Assembly (NCBI GenBank): GCA_013239625.1
Contig: MU054220.1
Location: forward strand, 5,019,328 to 5,083,327
Source of the DNA: Lama guanicoe
Lineage: Eukaryota
Length of the DNA stretch: 64,000 nucleotides
Direction of reading: 5' to 3'
Below are positions 24,381 through 38,549 of the stretch, one piece after another (within the stretch, counting starts at the first letter, position 1; each line of letters opens with the position of its first letter). The notes beneath the pieces are model-generated. The model was given only the letters and a program-made list of their open reading frames with translations, ran no database searches and was not told the origin of the DNA. A program made the translations under genes and the position numbers.

Positions 24381-25899
24381 GAGAAAACGTCACTTGCTCT
24401 GATGAGAGCAGGCTATGATGGGACCAGGAAGTGAAGCCAATTAAAAACTTGATTAGAAAGTGGGAGCCCTGCCAAACGTCATCTCCCAAAGAGGGTGTGT
24501 CCTTGTTCTCCAGCTGCCGGTGGGTCCTCAGATCTCTGTACCCTGAGGTTACATGCTCTCATCCTCCAACTGACTGACAGCACAGACCCCAGGCTAAAGA
24601 GCCACAAGCCAAACAGAGGCACTTGACAGAGGTATAGATGGGAGAAGCCAAGGAACTGGGTCCTTGGCCATAAGAAGGAAACACACAAGCCAGCCAGCCA
24701 ACACTTGCTCCATTAATGGAGGTGGCAGGAAGGCCACAGCTTTGAAAACACCTCCAGACCCCTGGGTGATGCTGGCCTGGGTCTTTTTAAAAATTAAAAC
24801 TCATTGTTAAGGGGAAAGGTTCCTTCTTTCTGGCTATAGGTTGGGATGGGGAATCTCCCTGTTACATTTTGGGAGCTCACATTCTTTCTTCTGCTTAGGC
24901 TGCTAACTGGCCACCCTTTTCACTGCTCAATAAAATGATAAGTCAGAAACCATGTGAGCAGGAAAAAATCCAGTGCTTTACTTCATTCGAATGTGACAGG
25001 ACCTAGGGAGATGGGAGACCCTGCTGCTCCCATGTTCACCTCTCCTGCTGGTGACTCCAGGAGACTAGCCCGAAGCTCCTTCCATCATAGGTATAAACAG
25101 AGCTGCCCTGAGTCTGGGGACAGTGGCACCAACCCACTCTGTAAATGGTTACGATGAAATTCCTTTGCCTTGCTTCTTATATTGGAGGAAGAATGGTGGA
25201 GGTTGCAAGAATAAGCCATTTGTGGTTTTGTGAAAGTAAGCACTTCAGATTTGGGTATATTTCTAACCGTGGGTACAAACCTAATCATTGGAGGCCAGCA
25301 GATCCCCAAAGACCACAAAACACAGGGAAAGATAAAATAAGTATGTATATTTTTGGCCTGAAATTGGTGAAGGCTATTTTGTTTTCCATGAGCCAGAAAT
25401 CAACTAAGGAAACAAGCCTCACAGCCATTCACATTTTTGTGTCTCCAATTTCCATTATCAATTAAAAGACAGTAAACTCTTACACTGAATAGAAGTGCAA
25501 TTAGATCTAATAATGAAATCATCAAGTACTACTGAGGTGGAAGTTGGCAGTAATTAGTTTTTTGATACATAAATACAATTTCCAAATGCAATTTGTCCCT
25601 AAGCCCGGGCTGCTGATTCAATTCATCGTGTCTGTGGTTACAAGAGGATGTACAGGGAGGTGTATTCCAATTCCTCAGGGCTGTGTCTCTCCAAGGAGAA
25701 TGAAGCAAGTTGGCTAACATCTGAAATAACTAATCGAATCTGGAGAGGTGGAGTTGTTCGTCTCCTCCGGGGTTCAGGAGGGGAGGGTGTGCCACCAGGA
25801 TCTCATTGACATACGACTCCATCAGGAGGCAAGCTGATCTTCTCTGTCCTTTCTCTACATCTGTCTATTTCTCTCCCCTTTCTCTCTCTGACACTGCCT

Positions 25900-26270
25900 C
25901 TTCATTTATCTGTTTATGTGTTCCTTCGTTCAGTACTTATTGAGGGTCTACTATACTGTGGTAGGTGCTGGGATGCAACAGTAAAGAAAGGAGACACAGT
26001 TCCTGTCCTCAAGGGACTGTTAGTCTAGTATTCAACATTAAAGAAATATTCGTTCAGTTATCATCATTGTAGTGGTGTGAAGGGGCCTATGAGAACATAG
26101 AAGAGGTCTCCAGCCCAGTCTGAAGGGTCAAGGAAGATTCTCTTGAGGAACTGACATCCCAGCTTTTGTCTGAAACATGAATAGGACTTAGGCAGAGAAT
26201 TTGGAAAAAACCACCCAGAGAGAAGTTCAAAAGGAAACTGGGTGCAGTAGAGAGAGAAGGAAAATGCCAG
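25900..26270 (-). mobile_element. L2 3' fragment
   Basis: acttattgagggtctactat...gtaggtgctggg...cctgtcctcaagg...gtctagt. Confidence 0.7.
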
Positions 26271-26743
26271 TGAGGTCAGAACAAAAAGGCCCAATAACAA
26301 AGCAGTTTAAAGAAACAAAAAAGTCAATTTCTCTTTTACATAACATTCCCGATGTGAACAAGTCAGGTCAGGGAGAAAGCTCTGCTTATTTTAGTCATTT
26401 GAGATCCCAAGTTCCTCATCAATCATTGCATCTCTATCCCCTGAGACATTGTCATCAGCTGCATAAATGATGCTAGGTTGTTGCTACATGGAGATTCCAG
26501 TTGGTGAAAAGGTGGAATAGAACCTCCCAAAAGTCATGTCCAGATATCTTAATGGCACACATCACTTCTGCTCAGATTCCATTGATGAAAACTTAGCTCA
26601 TAATGAGAGCTTAGTCATCCATGGTCACACCTAACTGCCAAGAGACTGTGAAATGTAATCTGCATGGCTGGCTGCAGTTCTATTGCTGTGGAAGAAGGGA
26701 GAGTGGATTTTGATGGACAGCTATGATTCTCCACCACACCCAG

Positions 26744-27215
26744 TGTAGTAGATTGATTGCACAATAGCTCCAATTCTTTGCGTTTCCCTGTGTCTGTATT
26801 CTTTGCAGTGTGACATTGAAGCTCCTCCCATCAAGAAATAGAGTCTGTTGTTCCATCACTTGAATTTGGCCTGGGCTTTTGCTTAGTCAATAGAATATGG
26901 TAGAAGTGGCAGTGTGTCAGTCTAAGCTGGACCTCAGGAGAGCTGTGTGCTCTCCTGGATCCTTGTCTCCACCACCAAGACCATCCTAGACAACCTCTGA
27001 TAGCTGGTTAACTCCCAAATCTGTGAGAAAGTCGTGCCAAGATCCACAGGGCTGCCCATGCAGCCCATAGCTGACCAAGGATGTATCAGCGTGTCTAGCT
27101 GAGACCAAAAGAGCTGCTCGCTGACCCAGAGAACCATGAGCATTAAATAAATGCTTAGTGTTTTAAGCCACTGTGTTTGAGTGGTTTGTCATCTCACCAA
27201 TAGATAACTGATACA
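26744..27215 (+). mobile_element. MLT1 (G/H-like) LTR; a second MLT fragment at ~26290-26738 on the minus strand
   Basis: TG...gataactgataca termini, gctcctcccatcaaga, ttttaagccact. Confidence 0.8.
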
Positions 27216-27966
27216 ACTCTAGCTATTTTCTTACTATGTTTACGTAGTCTCTGGGATTGGTTAGAAAGGAAAGATAAAAGATGTGATACTAATATGGAAG
27301 GATGTTAAACTGGAAGTTTTAATTGAAGTAATGAGATAGATATCCTTCAGTTACCAAAATAGGTTGTGATGTAGACCAAAGAGTAAAAAGTTCAAAGTAA
27401 AGGTCTAAGAAATTATTTATATATTACCAAATTGAGTGTATAAAAGGATATTTAATAGAGATAGGGAAATAATTTTCAAGGATCATTTTCTTAGAGCATG
27501 TTCTCCAAGAAGATACTACAACGGAATACTTGCTTCTTCCCGAAAGTCTAGTGCAAGAGACTTCAACTGGCTCATTTGGAGAGCTTGATACATGTTCTTT
27601 ACAGTTGGAGGGCACAGTTGATTAGTGTCTGCCTTGATCTTACCCAGGACATATAGAGTGCAAGAGATAAGCAGTGAGTACTTTGATATTGTAGTGTGGA
27701 AATTTACTGTATTTTGTGATTGGCATATACTCCCAAAGTTTAAAGGAAAAGCATGTGAGAATGTCCCCCCAACCATCAGGGGCTAGATGTGGACTTTACA
27801 TGCAAGTGAACCAGTATAAGAGTCACCTTAGATCTAGTCAAAAGAGGAAACTAAGAGAGCAACTAACTGTAACTTGATGGAAAGGAAGCTGGACGTGGAT
27901 GGATGTTGAACTTGTGGGCTAGCATAAGGAGTAAGCAACTGCTGAAATATAATATAATTGCTATGT

Positions 27967-28167
27967 CAGTGGTTCTCATCAGGGCTGATTTTGCCCTCCA
28001 GGAGACATTTAGCAATGTCTGGAGACATTTTTGGTTACAGCTGGGGGAGATGCTCCTGGTATCTAGTGGGTAGAGAGCAGCGAATGCTGCTCAACATTCT
28101 CCAATGCATAGGAAAGTTCTCCACAACAAAGGATTATTTGACCCAAATATCTGTAGTGCTAAGGCTG
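27967..28167 (+). mobile_element. MER20 hAT-Charlie element
   Basis: cagtggttctca...gcaatgtctggagacatttttggtt...tctagtgggtagag...acaacaaaggattatt. Confidence 0.9.
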
Positions 28168-29809
28168 GTCTGGCTAGATCAAGGTGAGGTTGGGAGTCAC
28201 TGAAGAATGAAAAAAAGCACCAAGAGAGAGAGTCAACTTTAAACATGTGCCAGGATTGGAGATCATGGAAACATCTGAGGTGCATGCCAGTGATGTAAGA
28301 ACATTCTCAACCACCTAACATCTCCTAACTTCCCTGCTTCCACCCTCCACTCCCAAACCCTCAGTACCATAGAGGTAGAGTGAGAAACCTGGGTTATCAA
28401 GAAGACGAAGTAGGATGGAGGAGCAGCATGGGGAAGATGATAAGGAAGACCATGAAATGTTTTACTTTTCACTAAAAGTAGCTGTTTTGCAGCAGTCCCC
28501 AGCTGAAGAAGGGGAGATTTATTGTCAAATTGAATTTGGAGTTTGGAATATTCCACAGGATGGGATATTAGAATTATTGAGTTGAGACTTCATTCATAGT
28601 TTAATGTAACCCTAGTTTTCCTTGGAGTGAGCAGAAATATCTTAAGATCTACTTGAAGTTTTATCCAGACCATTCTAAAAGGATATTGGGGTGAAAGTTA
28701 AAATAAAGTTGCTGATTACATCCCCTGGGGTCCTACTTGTTTTATGTACCCATTACCTGAACAGTTACTGAATAGCCGCTGTAAAAGCATGAGATGTTAT
28801 AAATATCATTTCATTTAACCATCAGAGTTAAGGACAGCATATACTTTTTCTCTTAGTGCTTGAAGTTGCATGACTATTCTTACTTTACAGCGAGGGAACC
28901 AGGGCTTAGAGATGGAAAGTAACTTGACCAGATCGCATATCAAGGGAGGGCTGGATAGTGGTGTTGGTGGTGGAAGAGTACAGGAGGTGGTTTCAGTTAT
29001 ATCCATCTCGTTGAAATAGGTTCATTTTCAAACTCCTGGAATCCTATGGAGAGAATGAAGAGATCACCAAAGTTAGACGTAGCAACGTATTACATCTTCA
29101 TGTCAGTGTGGTCAGCTATGAGGGAGAGAATAAGAGTTTTTAATATGCTTCACATCAGCTGGCCTCAAGAAACCATGTAAAGCCAATATTTTCAAGGTAT
29201 GAGAGGTGGAAAGAGGAGTCAAGGGCTGAGTCCTCATCCAACCCAGTCCTTTTGTAGCTGGTTGGGCTATTGAGGCAAATGTGCATCCTTGCTCCCTGCA
29301 GGCCAACTGAAAACCTCTTCAAGGTACTTTATCTAAACCTGTGTTACAGCCTATGTCACATTGTTTTATAATAATTATTTTTCATGTTTTTTTCTTTGTC
29401 AGGTGGATAATCTCCTTCAATCTGAAGCTATTGCTTTATTCATTTTCATATCTAGTAGTAACTAATACATAGTAGACATTTAATGAGTGTGGAATAATTT
29501 ATTGAGCTAAAATTCCTGCCTTCAAAGAACTTACAATGTCCATTGGAGAAACATGAAAAAAGAAAGTATAAGCGGTATAATGTTTGCTGCAAGACACAAA
29601 TACATCAGTACATGGACCAAAAATAATGTCTGAAGAACTCTGCACCAAATGGCTGACAGCGGTTACCTTTGCGAGGTCAGATTATGCAGGACTTTTTCTT
29701 TCTGTGTAATATATTTCTAGGAGATTTTATAGAGAGCAGAAGTATTTTAGTTATCCAGAGTTTTAGTGTTTAGTCGGGGAAAATAACAGGATATGAATAA
29801 GAGAAATGA

Positions 29810-30002
29810 AATACTAACTACTATATATAAAATAGATGTACAAAAAGTTTCTTCTGTATAGCACAGGGTACTATATTCAATATCTTGCAGTAACCTATTA
29901 TGGAAATGAATATATGTGTGTATATGTATGACTGAAAACATTATGCTGTACCCCAGAAATTGACACATTGTAAACCAAATACTTAATAAATAAATAAATA
30001 AA
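29810..30002 (+). mobile_element. Young L1 3' end
   Basis: atactaactactatatataaaataga...ccagaaattgacacattgtaa plus an (aaat)n tail. Confidence 0.85.
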
Positions 30003-31479
30003 ATTTGTATATAATGCCAAGTTCTGCATGATTAGTTTTAAAATGAGTACAGCATGCAGCGAATGTAATAGGAGTTCAGAGAGAATTTTAGACTGGACTA
30101 GGGTGGTCAGGGAAGCCTCCAGAGCAAGACATTTGAACTTTACTCATTATTCCGGGCTTTGAAGTAGATTTCCAAAAGGCATCCAAGTCCTGATTCCCAC
30201 ATTAGATCTCAGGATCCTGTTGCTTTTAGAAAAGCCAATGCCATCTGTTTTTGGAAGCTGGCACCCACATCCAGCTGCTAATTTGGACTTCTAAACCAGT
30301 TTAAAAATTAATGGCTTTATAAAAGCTTTGCAACTCCCTCTTAAGAGTTTAATATCATATTTATAAACTCAGTCCATGTTGAGTTCCAGCATATTGCAAA
30401 TAATTTACAGTGTTGTCTTGCTCAGAGCATAACTAATGTGGATCCACAGCTGTGCAGATAACTTTTCCTATCAGTGGATGATAAACTATAAGTGGCCCCA
30501 TTTGGATGCAGGGAAATAGTCCAGATTTTAAAAGCTGCATTGGTGCAACTGGGAGGGAAATTCTACAACAGTGGTTTCTGGAAATCTTCTCAGTCGTAGT
30601 AAATACAGCCAGCCTCATTGCTGCTAGTAATTATACCTAAGCAGATTGGGCTGGTCATGAAGTTTATGGCCCTTTGATCTGCTTGCATGAACACTTCCCT
30701 GAGCAGTTGCTAAATAGTCTGGAAAGTGGATCAACCAGCCCAAGAGCTCTGAGGTCAAAAGGCAAGATCTCGGGTGGCCAAATGGTTGGACTAAGGTTTT
30801 GGATCTGAGTCAGTTGCTCCATAAGGATAAATGTATAATGGGTATGTTATGTATTTCACTCATGCCTCAACATCTTTTTAGCAATTTCTCAGTGTACTTC
30901 AGGGTCCTGGAAACTAGTTCTGCTCTTCCCAACAAACCAAGTGTGAGGCTTTTACCTTCAGGGTCATAGTCCCTGCACGAGATTCAGTCTACCTGCATCT
31001 TGAGAGTCCTAGTTACATTGGTGAAGTACCAAGGGTGTTTGATGCTAAATTTAACTTGGAAACCTAGCTGAAAATTTCACTCACTGTTTTGTTCAGCTAG
31101 GTTGATGAATCTGTGTTTTCACTACGATTTTATTGATCAAACGTTGATTAATGAATATCTATGATGTCCTATGGATGGTTCTTGGTGCCAGGGACAAAAT
31201 GTTAAAAAAAACTTTTCTTTATCTTATTCTCTCAGCCTAGAATTCCCTCCCCATTCATGAACCTGGTGCTTTGGTATCATATGTAGGGCAAATATAAGCA
31301 CTGCTTTTATTTTAAAATTATGTCCCTTAGGGTCCTGATTTCTGATAAAGTGCCTTAGGAACCACCATAGAAGGCAGGAGAGAGAAAACAGTTTTCTAGA
31401 GAAGATTCTGGGCTGACTTCTCCCCACCATCAACCAGGGCAGTTACAGCTCCTGGTTTATATTTGGCATCTCTGATAGA

Positions 31480-31858
31480 TTAGATTATTTTTGACAATAA
31501 TCATTCCTTTACCCTTTCTGACTCCAAGGGAAAAGACTTACCCACACGTTGATGTTGGGCTGGACTTTATGATATGCTTTGGCAAATGACATGTCAGTAG
31601 AAGGAACAAGTTGCCTTTTCTGAGCTTAGACCTTAAAGAGGCATTGTTCTTTCTACTTACCCCTTGCCCATCCCCCTGCTGAGAGCTTTCAAATTCAGCT
31701 ACAAGAAGAATATGCCCCACATAGCTGCGGCTCCTCTAGCCTGATCCCCTGGGTGAGACACATGAGGCATAGACAGACACATGTTTGGCAAACACTTACT
31801 ATTGGATGACACTGATATGTTTGTGGCTGTTTATAGTGCATCAACAGCTGATTGATAC
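31480..31858 (+). mobile_element. Old MLT1 LTR
   Basis: tgctttggcaaatgacatg...cagctgattgataca. Confidence 0.6.
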
Positions 31859-34800
31859 ACACATCTAGCTAAGACCTCATTTGGAGTAAGGATTTATGTA
31901 TTCATTCGTTCACTCATTCATTCAAAAATATATTGAGTACCCTATGTATGCCAGGCAGAACACCACTGGAATACGTGGTTTAAAATCTATTGGCTTTGTT
32001 CATCTTCCTGACTTCCGCTCCTTACATATGATGTAAAGGGGTTTATGGTCATTTATAATATATTGATTGTAAGAAATAAAATCAAGATACATAGTCTCAA
32101 AGGAAAAGTAGTACCCCAACAGCAAGTTGAGAGGTGATAAAGAATTGGCAACAAGTTAATGTCAATTATGTCCCGCAAGTAAGCAAACCGTATGCAAACA
32201 CAGATAGCTCAAAATTATCTGTTGCAGAAAAGCTGCCCCGTGACAAAGGGACTGTCTACCAGGATTTGCAGATCTAGTTCTGGCTCTGGGAATTGTATGC
32301 CAGAAGAGTCCCTGACAGTCCTACAGGCAAAGGGGGGCTGATATGACGAAGCTAGCTTTCCTCTGCCCTGTGTAACAAGAACCTATCTGTCAGGCCTGGG
32401 GAAAGTGCCAGACCTGATCTGAATGTATTTAGAATGAATCTTCTTAATGATCTGTCAAAGTCAGTGGAATTACCAGACCTGGGCTTTAATAACTTCCTGG
32501 TTTTTAGTACCTGAGCCTATAAAGATGATATACAGGCCACAGAGGATGAAGAGTGGCCAGGGTGTGGTAAAAAGGTGAGGGCAGGGGAGTTGGAGCTGCT
32601 GTTAGGATAGGAGGCATGTGTAAACCTGTCCATCTGGGTCTCTTGTCTGCACACCTGTTTTTGCAGCTGGTGCCAAGGGGGTGTGGAGGGGAGAGGTGAA
32701 GCAGCTAGGGACAAAATTAGGAAGCAGACAAAGCTTGAATGTGGAGGACCTCTGGTCTGCCTGTATTACAAAGCCTTCCTGAGTCCTGCCTTCTCTTGGT
32801 CCCATACTTACTCCATTCCCATCCTCTTTCCAATCTATTCTATTTTCTTCTCTCGAAGGCATTGCTCTATCAGTTGTCTTGTAAGTCAGTGTTTCAGGAC
32901 TCAGTGGGGTTTCAGGGTTACAAGCAGCAGCAGTGCAGACCCTTCATTTTATAGATACAAAATTTGAGACCCCAAAACAGACTGACTTCAAGTCCATTGC
33001 CTAGCTGGTCAGTCACAGACCCAGAACTGGGTCTCTTGACCTCAGATGATGCTCTTTCCAGTACTCATGTGGGAATTAATCTCTACTAAAGGCTTGAGAC
33101 ATTATTATTACCTTGAGACCTTTGAAGAAAAAAAATAATAGAGATGTAAAAACATGAAAGTATAATCATGAAATTTCAGGTTCCAAATATAGGCAAGCAG
33201 GGCAGGTATTTCTGGAGTGAGGAGGCCTCCAATATTTCTCAAATTAAGCTCTGCCTGCTGTCTCCTATTCTGCCTGGGGAAGGGGGAGTTCTTTTTAAGT
33301 GAGAACACCTTTAAATCTGCCTATTGTGAAAGAGGGGACATCTTTTCATTCGTTCACTCTGCACAGACACTTTGAGGGTTCTAAGCTATTGTAAAAGCCC
33401 CATATTGGTAAATTCTATCATTGCAAATCTGATTTTTTGCTCTTTTTCAATATTAAGGGAGATTTCCCCCTTCATCTCCCATTCCTTACATTCCTAGCCT
33501 TCCTCCCCTTTTATTCAGATAAGACATTTCATGTTTACTACATTAGGGAGGGGCTAACTCCACAGAATTCAGTTAACAAAGAATCCAGGTCTTGTGGGGA
33601 CTAAGTAATGAGCGAGGGCAAAATGTTCAGCCAAGGCCTGGATAAGAACTTGTCTTTGGACATTCTTTGTTTTCAAGTTTGTGAACAAGCTATACTGGAG
33701 TTTCACTCCTGGGATCACTGGGGTTGCCTTTTCTCCAACTCAAAAAGAAAAAGGTTCAGTTATAGATGGCATCACTTAATATTGAGGGGGTAGGTCTGTT
33801 GAATTTAATAGTTTCCTTGGCCATGGCAAAACTCAGGGTAGGTAATCTACAGATAAAGGAAGTAGATGTGAACAATCAAACAGATCTTGTGCTTTTTGTC
33901 CATTAGTTTATTCAAATCTTAAAAGACCCTTTTTTAAGGGGTCTTATAAGGGTCTTAAAAAGATCCATTAAAGGTGAGGGGGTGTTATCCTCATGTAAGA
34001 GTAACATCTTCTAACCGTTTTCACACTCAGGTGAGTTTCCTTCCTAACAGAGCTGGCTGCATTAGAGCTTTGCAGGAAGACATTTACCTGCACAGGTTAT
34101 GTGGACACCAGAGTATTTCCTTGTGGAGCTGGTCATCCATCATTCTTACTGGGAGGTCATGCAAGGCTGCTACAGGTGGAACAGTTTCTTCTTACAGACT
34201 GGCTTTGATGGCAAGACTTGTATGCTTATGGTGAGTTCTCTGTTGAGTAAGACTGGGCCAGCTGCCTGGCAAAGACTTCAGTCCAATATGGCTCCTAGGC
34301 TCTCAGACTACACCCCTCGCATGTATATTGGGATGGGTAGTGGGAATGGAAGAGAGGCTTTCTGGAAAACTCACCAGTATCAGATCACGCCTCGGCAAAG
34401 CACCCCAGACTGAGTGTGCTCCATCTCTCACCTCCCTCTGAGTCCTCACCGTCCCACAACAGGAAACACACAATCTATTTCTCTCTTTCAATTTCATGCA
34501 CAACTGTGAACATCTGAAATCATTAGCACCTGGGGGGAACCCTCAATCTTAAAAACAAAACAGAACAAAACCAAAACAAACCTAAGACGATTCTCTTCTC
34601 CCTTAGAGGAAAAATATTTATTTCCTTCTGGAGGGGTTTGGGAACATTTAGGGAGGGAGAGCTTGGTTTTTTCTCTTTACTGGGTTGTTGTGCCACTAGT
34701 AATGAAATGAAAATAAAGGAAGGGAAATCTCCAAAGTTGGGTTTTCATACAGAAGCAGTTTGGGTGGTCATATCCTGCTGTATTCCTTTAATGGAAATAA

Positions 34801-37800
34801 AATTGAAGTTCACTGGTTCATTGTTTGTCCGCAATCCCCCAGGGAGTAAGTGGCAAAATGTGGATTAAAAATGTGGCTTTTTATCTGCGTCTAACAATCA
34901 TGACATTTCCATTGTATCAGAGTGTATAGCTTTTAGGTCGAGCCCTAACTAGTAAATACACATTGAGGGCAAAAGGGAAAAAAAAAAAGGCCATTTAATT
35001 TAATGCTGAGACTTGCTAGATACAGACATGGAGTGTGCTGTGCAGGAAGAAACAAATCTGAATGCCTTCTTTGTTCCTTAATGACGCCCCTCCTCCCTTA
35101 CGAATGCTCACCCAGAGCTCAGGCTGCAGGTGGATTTGGGAGGGTTAAGAGGTGTTTACAAAAATGACCAAAGCAAAGACGATTCCAGTTCCATTAGAGC
35201 TCAGCCTGAAAGCACTTTCCTTTCTTTGAGGGAAGCAAAGATCAAGCGAAAGACAGTTGCCAGACCCTTCACTTGTTTCCTGGAAGCTAATGGACCATGA
35301 GAGGAAGGATGTTCCCACAACTTTAGATGCAGCCATAGAAGGTGCTCTGAATTGCTGCATGATGATTGCAAGTGTCTTTCTTTTAAAACACACTTAGTCT
35401 GTGACCAAGTCAGGAATTTCAGAAGCCAGTTCCGTCCTTTTCTTTCAGCTTGATCCAGATTCAGGTGTGGGATTGATTGATTAATTGATTCATTTAATGA
35501 GCAATAGTTCATTAACTCAGGAAGGAATTTCAGAAGTCAATCTGAAATTCTCCATCTCCCAGCTGGGTTCTTGTTAGAGTCAAGCTCAGGGGTGATTGAT
35601 TGATTGATACACTCATTCATTTATTTACCTGTTTTTCCAGTTGACAAGTTTGTGTCCTTGGTGGTGTACTAGGTTAATGTTTCCAAATATGTGGTTTGCA
35701 TAACTCTTTTAAATATAGCACAAACTGAACATTATTTATTAATAGGGTATTAATTGTGTTAGAAAAATATGTAACTGTCACATTAAATTTAGAATTTCAT
35801 GATTATCATTTCTTAGAAGGTAGCAAAAATAGATTAATAAAAGAGGGTAAATTTAAAGAAAAACATTAAACAATAATAGAGATGAGAGTGGGTGCCCATC
35901 AAATTGTGAGCCTTCACATGTCTTCATTCTCCCCACTACCTAGCACAGTGCCTGGCATACAATAGATGCTCAATAAATGTTTCTTGAATGGACTGAATTC
36001 CTATGCCTGGCAAACATACTACTGAGCTGGAGGGTCTATTTGTTAGATCTTAAATTTGATGCTGGGAACATTAGCTTATATTTTATGTAAGAAGCATCAG
36101 AAATCTAAAGATTAACAAAAATAATAGTGGTGTGATGATGATAATAATAATGAAATAATAGTGATTTATTGAATGCTTCCTATTTTCTAGGCATTATTTT
36201 AGGTGAGAACACACATCATCTCTAATTTCTTACTCTCACTAGGACTCTGTAGTATAGACTTTTTTACAGATGGGAAAATATAAACTCGGGGGGTGGGTGG
36301 GTGGTTAATATCTCTCAGCTGCATGTGCCAGAACAAGACAAGGAATCCTTGTGCATTTGCCATCAAAGGTATTTTTTTCCTCTGTGCAACACTGTCCATT
36401 GAGTTTTTTTTTCCTCAGATGTGGCTAATACAGCCATCCAAATGTTAATTTGCGCATCACTTATCTGAGTACAGATCAGGACCAACTGCAGCAGAATAGC
36501 AGGTCTGAATGGCTGAATTACCTCCCTGCTACAGTTGGGAAGACAGGAAATTGTGCTCATGTAGCCATCAAGTCTTCCAATTATATTTTTTCACTTCATT
36601 CCACCAAAAAAAAAAAAGGGAAAAAAAATCCAGCCAACCTTGAGCTCTCTTGAAAAATCTTTGAGCTGTGGATTTTACATTAAAGCTTCATCTTATAACT
36701 GAAGGGTGAGGCAGTGGGAGAGGAAGGAGTGAGGGAGGACTGCAGAGGTTTGGTAAAATGGGATCATGTGACCATCTGTTTGCTTGCAAGATAAGAAAAA
36801 AGTAATTTAGAACTCTGTCCTTCTCCACGTTGTAATGGCTTTGTGCTTGCATTTCTTTGTTATCCCAAGAGAGGTATAATACAGGTTATAATCTTTCAGT
36901 GGGGCTCTGCAGGACATCCCTTGTCTACTAACCATTTCGAATCATCTCAAGCCTTTTATTCCAGCCACTGTGTGGCAATCAGTTCTGCAGGCTTAGACCA
37001 GCTTCATGTAGGGGCAACCCAAGTGATCCCCTCTCTCACTTCTTGCCATGCATCCCTCTGACATAATGATGTCAGCTGACTGTGGGAATAGATTCAACCC
37101 TCAGATCCAAAAGAGTCCATGCCCCCATGGTGCCACTCATGATGAATTTCAGACAGAAACTGATAAATAAGATGCTCCCCTTTTACTTTGTTGGAGGATG
37201 GTTCTGATATGTACTTTGGTATCTGTCCAAGAAGGTTCTGGGAAATCCAATAACCAGTAGCCCATCATGGTGACCAACTCAAAACACATCCTTGTGTTGG
37301 TCCTTCCTTTTTCTCTATTTCATTCCCCCTGTCCCTTACTTTTTCCTACTCCCCAGGGATAGTATTTCCAAATAAATTATGCACACATAATAAACCTTTG
37401 CTTTAGGCTCTTTTATGGGGCAACCTACACAAAGAAAGATTCTAAGAGTAGTAGTAATGAATAACTCATATTTGCATAGCATTTTACAATCTGCTATGCT
37501 TTCCCACACAATACCCCTTTTATCTGCATGACAACCAGTTATACACACATGTGCACACATGGGTGGTATGTAGTATGTGGATTACTATTGTTCTTGTGTC
37601 CTAAGTGAGACTGCTGAGATTCCAAGAGGCAAAGCGCTTTACTCAAGGGGATACAGATGGTAACGGTAGAGCTGAAACAAGAATACTGTTTCTTGAGCTC
37701 TTAGTCCAGTGTTCTTTCTACTTTGACCTCATTCAGAGTCCTGGAACCACTTGTCTAGAAGTTTTCAAACTGGAGCAGTATTCCAGAATTTTACCTTTAC

Positions 37801-38392
37801 TAGACTGCAATTGCCAGTATATTAAAGTACACAGTATGTAGTGATGAAATTAATCACCCAAATGACTAAACATGCCCACTTAAATGCACTGGTTTATTTC
37901 CCGAAGCTTTTCTTAAGAAAATGTTCAGTTCTTTCTCTCCTGTGGGCTCTGATTTGAGGCCAGCCTGCTTCATAAGCAGCTCCCCCTTAGAAAAATAGCA
38001 GGAGGAAGGTATGATCCTAAAGATAGCTGCCATTTATGGAGAGCCAGCTGCTGCTCTGTGGTTATCCCGATTAATCCTTAAAGATCCTGTGAGGCAGGTA
38101 CCATTAATATCTCCATTTTGAAATATGAGCACAGCAATGTTAACTACTTTACCCAGGGTCATATGGCTAGTAAGCAGTGTAGTCAGCATCGGAACTCAGG
38201 CTGTCTGATTCCAGAGCTCACTCTCTTAAACATTAGGCTACACTGCCTGGGTGAAAAAGTGCGTGTTATTTCCTTTCCTCATCCAAACTATCCTATGGAA
38301 GGTGGGGCAATGTGATTTTTCCTCTTTTACATGTGAGGAAACCGAGATTAGTGAGATTAAGGAGCTGCCCCAAAGGTGGAATTTCTATTCTA

Positions 38393-38549
38393 TTTATTTC
38401 TCAAAGGTTTTTTTTTTTAGGGGGGTAGATAATTAGGTTAAAAAATTTTTTTTATTGTTCTTATTATTTTTGACAGAGGTACTGGGGATTGAACCCAGGA
38501 CCTTGTGCATGCTGAGAACATGCTATACCACTGAGCTATGCCCTCCCCC
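38393..38549 (-). mobile_element. tRNA-derived SINE (Vic-1-like)
   Basis: gaggtactggggattgaacccaggacc...ccactgagctat. TSD gaatttctattcta / gaattgctattcta. Confidence 0.9.

Noticed and set aside
24102..24489. Three overlapping Leu/Ser-rich ORFs
   Set aside because: Artefact of the GA-rich low-complexity tract.
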